From an uncultured virus (IMG/VR IMGVR_UViG_3300025126_000012) (lineage: Duplodnaviria; Heunggongvirae; Uroviricota; Caudoviricetes), in the IMG/VR virus record IMGVR_UViG_3300025126_000012: a DNA stretch of 64,000 nt. The stretch is one strand, 5' to 3'. The position numbers and the translations under genes are program-made. The notes under the pieces were generated by a model. That model did not search any database. It saw nothing but the letters and a program-made list of their open reading frames with translations, and was not told the origin of the DNA. Shown here in pieces: positions 58,305 to 64,000 of the stretch (position 1 is its first letter; every line of letters begins with the position of its first letter).

Positions 58305-58682
58305 ATGGAAGTCGTAATCAATGTAGATTTTGGTGGGTTTGGGGTTTCATCAGAAGTAATGCAGTATTTGATAGATAATAAATCTGATGCAATTATACTC
58401 ATGCCTGTGATGGATGCTGATCATTTTAATAAGTATACAAGTAATTACAATGATTATGGTTGTATAAAGGCGACAGGGAATTCTATTTATGTTCTGAAAT
58501 CCGGATATGATATTCGTACAAACAAGGATTTGATTAAAGCAGTTAAAATATTTGGCAAAGCAGCGAACGGGAAATATGCGTCATTGAAAATTGTAGAAAT
58601 TCCTGACGACATTTCGTGGTTTATTTCGGTGGATGACGGTGGTAGAGAACATGTTTCGGAAACTCATAGAACTTGGAGATAA
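58305..58682 (+). CDS. Hypothetical protein
   Basis: VVIN..FGGF.., LKIVEIPDD..W, E.H.TW. Confidence 0.7.
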   Translation: MEVVINVDFGGFGVSSEVMQYLIDNKSDAIILMPVMDADHFNKYTSNYNDYGCIKATGNSIYVLKSGYDIRTNKDLIKAVKIFGKAANGKYASLKIVEIPDDISWFISVDDGGREHVSETHRTWR

Positions 58683-58683
58683 A

Positions 58684-59007
58684 ATGAACTATAATATTGA
58701 GTATGAAAAAAAGTCTTTCATGAAAGCAATAGACTACATTAAAGAAAATAATCTCTATCGCAGAGGGGAGTCTAATTATGATTTGTGGTTAATTGATTTT
58801 ATCAAAAGCACGGTAAAGAGTGCTATGCATAAGTATAAAAGCGCGGGGGTATGGTCTTCTTGGTCTTCGTGCGGCGGGGTAACACTTGTGTTAACGTCAG
58901 ATAATAAAGCAACGGAAGGCTTCGATATAATTGATGTCAATATCACAGTTGAACCTAATTTTGAAAATAGTGATTATGTAACACTAAAAATTCGTGATGA
59001 AGCTTAA
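58684..59007 (+). CDS. Hypothetical protein
   Basis: ATG after the previous stop. Confidence 0.55.
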   Translation: MNYNIEYEKKSFMKAIDYIKENNLYRRGESNYDLWLIDFIKSTVKSAMHKYKSAGVWSSWSSCGGVTLVLTSDNKATEGFDIIDVNITVEPNFENSDYVTLKIRDEA

Positions 59008-59064
59008 AAATGAGTCTAGAATTAGAACAAAATAACAGGTATTACTTTTGATAAAGGGATTGAC

Positions 59065-59277
59065 ATGAATTTTATTATTACTACTCATGCGACATTTGAA
59101 CATATTTACGAAATTGATGCCCCAAATGAAAATGCCGCTGTTGAGATTGTGACGAGAACAGATGCTCAATTGGATTATCATCAAAGATTTATTGGAGAAA
59201 AAGTAGTACACATCACACTTGCCCACAATTCTATTCCTATGACGCCAGATGAATTTAGAGCATTAGGTTGTTTTTGA
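59065..59277 (+). CDS. Hypothetical protein
   Basis: ORF with RBS. Confidence 0.55.
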   Translation: MNFIITTHATFEHIYEIDAPNENAAVEIVTRTDAQLDYHQRFIGEKVVHITLAHNSIPMTPDEFRALGCF

Positions 59278-59302
59278 TAATGCCAGATTAAAGGAGATTA
59301 TT

Positions 59303-59995
59303 ATGCGAGTGGACATAGGAAAGTACAAGTATTATGTTGGGCCTTATCAGATAGCTGAAATGCTGATGTTTTGGATTCCTAAATACAATGATAAGCACGA
59401 ATATACAAAAGCATACGATAAATATGTTCATAGATTTGGTGAAATTTTAGCAGATACTCCGATAAACACTTTATGTGAATGGATTGATACTAAGCAGAAA
59501 CGTAAAATCAAAGTTAAAATCCACGATTATGACACTTGGAGTATGGATTATACATTGGCATTGATTATTTTACCTATGCTTAAAAAGCTGAAAGAGACTA
59601 AACACGGCTCGGTCATAGTTGATTTAGAAGATGTTCCACTACAGTATCGATATAGTGATGATTCAGAATATGAAAATGCTCAACGAGCATTTGACTTTTA
59701 CAATGACGAAGATAGTGTCAAAATTGAGTGCGACCATCATGTACGATGGGACTGGGTACTCGATGAAATGATTTTTGCCTTTGAAATGATTTTAAACGAT
59801 GGAAATTGGATGGATGCTTATAAAACATCATATCCAATGACCGAAGAGGAATCAAAACATCAATCAGTATTAAATAAATTGTATTCTAAAAATGTTAAAA
59901 TTGTTTATGATTGGGATAGTATCGAAAAGGTAGAAAACAGAATAACAAACGGCCTCATTTTATTCGGCAAATATTATAGAGGATTATGGTCTTGA
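59303..59995 (+). CDS. Conserved hypothetical protein
   Basis: DTWSMD.TLA.II.P.L, W.WVLDEMI.AF, G..LFGKYY..LW. Confidence 0.75.
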   Translation: MRVDIGKYKYYVGPYQIAEMLMFWIPKYNDKHEYTKAYDKYVHRFGEILADTPINTLCEWIDTKQKRKIKVKIHDYDTWSMDYTLALIILPMLKKLKETKHGSVIVDLEDVPLQYRYSDDSEYENAQRAFDFYNDEDSVKIECDHHVRWDWVLDEMIFAFEMILNDGNWMDAYKTSYPMTEEESKHQSVLNKLYSKNVKIVYDWDSIEKVENRITNGLILFGKYYRGLWS

Positions 59996-60034
59996 TGATG
60001 TGGGCTTTTGAGTTAAATCAAATATGGAGCGCAG

Positions 60035-60499
60035 ATGTTAGACATACAAACTTTACGAAATGATTTGGAGGGCGTGGCCGCACGTTTGGCGACACGCGGA
60101 TTTGTTTTGGATACCGCGAAATTCGAGCAGCTGGAAGCCGAACGCAAAAGCATCCAGGCGCGCGCGCAGGAACTGCAAGCCAAGCGCAATGTCGCATCCA
60201 AGCTAATCGGTCAGGCGAAGGCCAATGGTGAAGAAACGACCGCTATCAAGGCCAAAGTGATAGCGGTGAATGATGAGTTGAAGCAACTAGAAGCCAGGCT
60301 GCCACAAGTGCTGGGAGATATGGAGGCCTTCCTCGCCAATATCCCCAACCGGCCGCACCCCAACGTGCCCGAAGGGAAGTCGGAAGCAGATAACGTCGAG
60401 ATGTATAAGATCGGCGAGCCGAAGAAATTCGATTTCGAGGTGCAGGACCATGTCAGCATCGGCGAGGACTTGGGCGGTATGGAGAAGATTTCCAAGTGA
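60035..60499 (+). CDS. Seryl-tRNA synthetase N-terminal fragment (tRNA-binding coiled-coil arm), host-like
   Basis: MLD...LR, RG, E.LQA.RN..SK.IG.AK, IPN.PH..VP.G.SE.DN, FDF...DH; stops before the catalytic core; visibly GC-rich codon usage. Confidence 0.9.
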   Translation: MLDIQTLRNDLEGVAARLATRGFVLDTAKFEQLEAERKSIQARAQELQAKRNVASKLIGQAKANGEETTAIKAKVIAVNDELKQLEARLPQVLGDMEAFLANIPNRPHPNVPEGKSEADNVEMYKIGEPKKFDFEVQDHVSIGEDLGGMEKISK

Positions 60500-61029
60500 G
60501 CCTCATCCATCTGCTCGCCACCACCGGCCACAGACTGACGTGGCCTCTAAAGATCGTAATGTGTTTATTGATATTATCAAACACCTCCTTAGCAGATAAG
60601 CTCGTAATACCACCAGAGTATGTGATAAAATATTCAGCGAAAATGGCTTATAAAGATTTTCCAAAACAAGCAGATATTTTGGCAATAATCAGAGTAGAGT
60701 CAGCATTCAATCCGAAGGCATTCAATCCAGAGAAGAGCAAGATAAATCCTAACAGGAAAATACCCCCCTCTATTGGACTTATGCAGGTGCAGAATGGCAC
60801 GTTCAATCCGAAGCATAACATGAAGCAAGGAACTTCTCTACTTAGAGAGTATTACGTAAAGTATTGCAATCGTAGCATTGAGTGCGCCGTAAAAAGTTAT
60901 AACATCGGTCCACGAAATTTTAAACACGGGAAATTAAAAAAATCTGGAGCAATCTATTTCAATAAATACCAATATCATCGAGCGAGATACGACAAATTTG
61001 TTGAAAAGTTGACAACCCACGTTAATTAA
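60496..61029 (+). CDS. Lytic transglycosylase (SLT domain)
   Basis: AII.VES.FNP.A, GLMQV, YN.GP. Confidence 0.85.
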   Translation: MSLIHLLATTGHRLTWPLKIVMCLLILSNTSLADKLVIPPEYVIKYSAKMAYKDFPKQADILAIIRVESAFNPKAFNPEKSKINPNRKIPPSIGLMQVQNGTFNPKHNMKQGTSLLREYYVKYCNRSIECAVKSYNIGPRNFKHGKLKKSGAIYFNKYQYHRARYDKFVEKLTTHVN

Positions 61030-61066
61030 TCTATGATGGATTTTTAGAACTCAATTGGAGTAATGT

Positions 61067-61333
61067 ATGAATGTTGTTGTAATTAAGACATTAGGCGGTG
61101 AAGAGATTCTGGCAGAACTCGAATCAATATCATCAGAAGGTGATTATACCGTTACTAGACCTAGGATACTAATGGTTTCTGGCCAAAACATTGGATTAGT
61201 GCCTTATCTCATTAGTGTACCTGATGCTAATAACATCAGAATAAAAGCACATTCTATTGTAACAGCGGTGGATGCTCCGCATGAAATCGCGAATCAATAT
61301 ATCAAAACTGTAACAACTTTGATACTGGGGTAA
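61067..61333 (+). CDS. Hypothetical protein (Sm-like)
   Basis: IK...GEEILA, G.VP, Y...T; GGAG RBS. Confidence 0.65.
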   Translation: MNVVVIKTLGGEEILAELESISSEGDYTVTRPRILMVSGQNIGLVPYLISVPDANNIRIKAHSIVTAVDAPHEIANQYIKTVTTLILG

Positions 61334-61532
61334 ACGTAAGCATGAGTACTTTTATTGTTTACTTTGACATCCTCGCGAGGTTGTCAAAGGGGTAAATTGT
61401 TGTTTTTATTAGACATTTGACAATTAATTAAAAATCTATATAATTGATTATGTCGATTTAAATGTTTTGGTGAATCAATTTGTTTCATAATGAATTGGAT
61501 GAAATTTCGCCAAATCATTGATTGATAAATAA

Positions 61533-61653
61533 ATTTGACAATTAAATCGAAACTTGATATGATTGTTAGGTGGTTGTGAAACAGGCAACACTGAAAGGTG
61601 TAAATCTTTCACCATTTGACAATTAAATCGAAACTTGATATGATTGTTAGGTG
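61533..61653 (+). promoter_or_regulatory. Tandem duplicated promoters upstream of the ncRNA/tRNA cluster
   Basis: ATTTGACAATTAAATCGAAACTTGATATGATTGTTAGGTGG occurs twice, 81 nt apart. Confidence 0.8.
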
Positions 61654-62242
61654 GAATTCAATGACACATAATATCGTGTTAGCAAACAGGAATGGAACGT
61701 GGCTGCGAGGACCTGTTTAAAAACCTCTACGGGCGGATTCGGGGATGAATGGGAAACTGAAAAATCCGAATATTGGACATTCAATAGATGTTCAATCAAA
61801 AAAATTATGCATATTAATATATTAATATGTTAAGACCGTTGTTGGATACGGAGAGATTGATACAAAGTATATGGGTTCGATTCCCTTTATGAAACTGTTA
61901 ACGCAGATGGCATATACAGGTGTTCCAGAATTAAAAGGTTGGTAATCGACGTGGTGAGCAAAGCCAACATTATTTGATTGAACTTTATTGAGTGTGCTTT
62001 ATTAAGATTTTCAATGAAAAGGTTGCAGATGTAAACATCATTGGTCAAGAAATCTTAATTAAGCACATTTTACAATACTCCTGTAACGCGAAGGGAACGG
62101 TTTGATTCCGTTACGGACCGTTACGGTCCACCAAAATGCACAGCATCGCTTTATGCTGTGGTAGGAAGCCTCTGTATCCGTCGGAAACATGCATCTCAAA
62201 CTACAACGAGAGTCCTCGCAAAAGGACATAGCTTTAAATAAT

Positions 62243-62325
62243 GCCCTGATGGCGGAATTGGTAGACGCATCAGATTTAAGTCCTGACGCTTAGGCATGTC
62301 GGTTCGAGTCCGACTCGGGGTACCA
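62243..62325 (+). tRNA. tRNA-Leu(TAA)
   Basis: Cloverleaf, variable arm, TTCGA, CCA. Confidence 0.9.
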
Positions 62326-62344
62326 ACTTTGAGTTGCATATATA

Positions 62345-62420
62345 GGGCCTGTAGTTTAATGATAAAACACCGAACTCATAATTCGAGAGACTACCAGTTT
62401 GACCCTGGTCGGGCCCACCA
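62345..62420 (+). tRNA. tRNA-Met/Ile2(CAT)
   Basis: Cloverleaf, loop CTCATAA, CCA. Confidence 0.8.
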
Positions 62421-62551
62421 ATTTGGCTGAAACATATTATAAATGTCACTATGGACTAATGCCGCCGATACAACAAATGTAACAATTACAACAACGGGTT
62501 CTAAATTTACAAAAACTGCACATTAAGGAAAATAATATTATATATGATTTA

Positions 62552-62630
62552 CCGCCAGTATCACAACCGCCTTCTAAGCGGTAGCCGTGTAATTGGACCA
62601 ATGGGAGTTCGAGTCTCTCCTGGCGGACCA
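62552..62630 (+). tRNA. Atypical tRNA-Arg(TCT)-like RNA lacking a D arm
   Basis: Perfect 7-bp acceptor and 5-bp anticodon stems, T arm and CCA; only 7 nt in place of the D arm; 20-nt variable region. Confidence 0.7.
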
Positions 62631-62734
62631 AATTTGCCGACATCTACTGGTTCGAGTCCTGTCTCCGAGACCATAGAAGTTGTCTAATCGCAATATGTTT
62701 TAAGATATACCCGAGCTGAACCAAATAATGAATT

Positions 62735-62810
62735 GGGAGTATAGCTCAGCTGGAAGAGCATTCGACTTTTAATCGACAGGGTGCGAGTTCGAACCTCGCT
62801 GCTCCTACCA
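62735..62810 (+). tRNA. tRNA-Lys(TTT)
   Basis: Cloverleaf, CCA. Confidence 0.9.
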
Positions 62811-62899
62811 ATGCAATGCATGACTACACTAAGTCAGAGCATAAATTTGGGATGTTAGTGATAACGAGAGTCCTGCAAGAGGACATAGCTTTAAATAAT

Positions 62900-62973
62900 G
62901 CCCTTATCGTATAATGATATTACGGTTGACCTGTAATCAACTCATGGAGGTTTGATTCCTTCTGGGGGCACCA
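62900..62973 (+). tRNA. tRNA-Thr(TGT)
   Basis: GTTGA-CCTGTAA-TCAAC arm, CCA. Confidence 0.8.
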
Positions 62974-62992
62974 GAACAAATGTAATAAATAT

Positions 62993-63087
62993 GCTCCCCA
63001 GCATTAGTGTGCAGCGGATTTTTATAAAGTCTGGAGACTGGTCAGATAGGCTGGAACGGCACGGAGCGTAACCGTGGGGGAGTACCA
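62993..63087 (+). tRNA. Atypical tRNA-Ile(TAT)-like RNA with a long variable arm
   Basis: GCTCCCC/GGGGAGT acceptor, loop TTTATAA, T stem CACGG/CCGTG, CCA. Confidence 0.6.
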
Positions 63088-63111
63088 AACAACTTAACGC
63101 ATGTGATAAAT

Positions 63112-63197
63112 ACCCGAGTGGCGTAATGGCAGCCGCGCTGTGCTTAGAACGCAGTGTCCGTAAGGGCGTGTCGGTTCAAATCCGACCTCGGGTACCA
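63112..63197 (+). tRNA. tRNA-Leu(TAG)
   Basis: Cloverleaf with variable arm, CCA. Confidence 0.9.
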
Positions 63198-63205
63198 AAA
63201 TAATT

Positions 63206-63280
63206 GGAGATGTCATATACTGGCTATTATGCTCGGCTGTCTACCGGGACAAGACGGATCGTAACCGTTCATCTCCGCCA
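63206..63280 (+). tRNA. tRNA-Asp(GTC)
   Basis: Cloverleaf, G discriminator, CCA. Confidence 0.85.
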
Positions 63281-63286
63281 TACAAT

Positions 63287-63370
63287 GGAAGATGTGGTGC
63301 AAGGTGCAACCGGAGTTTGCTAAATTCCCGGCCAGAAAGGGCCCGACAGGTTCGATTCCTGTATCTTCCT
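63287..63370 (+). tRNA. tRNA-Ser(GCT)
   Basis: GGAGT-TTGCTAA-ATTCC, variable arm; no encoded CCA. Confidence 0.75.
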
Positions 63371-63372
63371 GT

Positions 63373-63443
63373 GCCTCGTCTGATGGACAGTGTCTAGTCT
63401 TCGAAACTGGAACAGAGCGGTTCGATACCGTTACGGGGCACCA
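63373..63443 (+). tRNA. tRNA-Arg(TCG), shortened D arm
   Basis: CTAGT-CTTCGAA-ACTGG, T arm, CCA. Confidence 0.7.
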
Positions 63444-63449
63444 AATAAT

Positions 63450-63522
63450 CGTCGTGTGGCAGAAAAGTGATGCACTGCTTTCATAATGCAGTTTCAAGCT
63501 GGCGCAATACCAGCCATGACGA
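63450..63522 (+). tRNA. tRNA-Met(CAT), degenerate
   Basis: Loop TTCATAA; atypical T loop; CCG instead of CCA. Confidence 0.65.
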
Positions 63523-63573
63523 CCGATTATTACAATTGGGCATTAGTCATCTTCTGCCAAATTCAATAATAAT

Positions 63574-63651
63574 GGTGAGTATAGCTTAATCAGTAAAGCC
63601 TCTGGCTGTGAATCAGGGAGTCCTGCGAATGCAAGTCTCGTTGCTCCCCCA
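63574..63651 (+). tRNA. tRNA-His(GTG), degenerate T arm
   Basis: G-1, loop CTGTGAA, CCA. Confidence 0.7.
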
Positions 63652-63676
63652 CAAGTTTTAGCTTTGCAAAAAATAA

Positions 63677-63751
63677 CTCTCTGAGGTGTTAATAGATGCA
63701 TGCGTGGTTTGGGACCACGAGGAGTAGGCGCGATACCTACCAGAGAGACCA
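63677..63751 (+). tRNA. tRNA-Pro(TGG)
   Basis: CGTGG-TTTGGGA-CCACG, CCA. Confidence 0.85.
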
Positions 63752-63756
63752 AAATA

Positions 63757-63828
63757 CAGTGTGTAAGTCATTGGCAGACATCCCGGCTTGGAACTGGGGA
63801 GCAGTAGGTTCGATTCCTACCACACTGA
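63757..63828 (+). tRNA. tRNA-Pro(TGG), second copy
   Basis: CCCGG-CTTGGAA-CTGGG; no CCA. Confidence 0.8.
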
Positions 63829-63865
63829 CACAAGTGAAGATGATTTTGTGTCATCTTTACACAAT

Positions 63866-63936
63866 GCGGGAGTCGTATAATGGCATTATTACAGCCTTCC
63901 AAGCTGAAGACAGGGGTTCGATTCCCCTTTCCCGCT
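63866..63936 (+). tRNA. tRNA-Gly(TCC)
   Basis: GCGGGA acceptor, loop CTTCCAA, TTCGA. Confidence 0.85.
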
Positions 63937-64000
63937 CCCTTGAGTCACAGTCAAGACTCGAACTTGTATATAGTAATATGAAAACATATTATACAATCTA

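Noticed and set aside
62571..62577. Amber suppressor reading (CTA) of the loop CTTCTAA
   Set aside because: The 5-bp stem ACCGC/GCGGT fixes the anticodon as TCT
62449..63752. Short track ORFs in the tRNA region
   Set aside because: They overlap tRNA genes and are spurious
1..64000. Genome-wide TAG recoding
   Set aside because: Only one gene shows an internal TAG; core genes are intact in code 11 and TAG ends some genes normally (e.g. 15784, 41129)

Overview
AT-rich 64-kb segment of a T4-like myophage genome; almost all real genes are on the + strand. It runs from the head genes (gp20-67-21-22-23) through gp3, uvsY/W, gp55, gp47/46, rIIA/B, gp45/44/62, regA, gp61, thyX, class II RNR, dsbA, rnh, ligase, gp43, uvsX, gp41, rnlA and pseT to a tRNA cluster. 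Main unusual items: (1) 14 paralogous genes in three arrays built from a constant head, 1-9 copies of a 23-aa 'WYLNGxxHREDGPAxExANGxKx' repeat and an optional constant tail, with signs of active recombinational shuffling; (2) sigma70-type promoters with an IHF-consensus box starting exactly 24 nt before the -35 hexamer; (3) four replication genes interrupted by endonuclease-free elements (atypically split intein in gp46, split intein in uvsX, mini-intein in nrdJ, and a two-gene gp43 whose second half carries a 240-nt group I intron); (4) an HNH gene flanked by a duplication of the capsid-gene 3' end; (5) a GC-rich host-like seryl-tRNA synthetase N-terminal fragment next to structurally aberrant tRNAs and candidate ncRNAs. 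All calls come from manual motif reading; no database searches were run.
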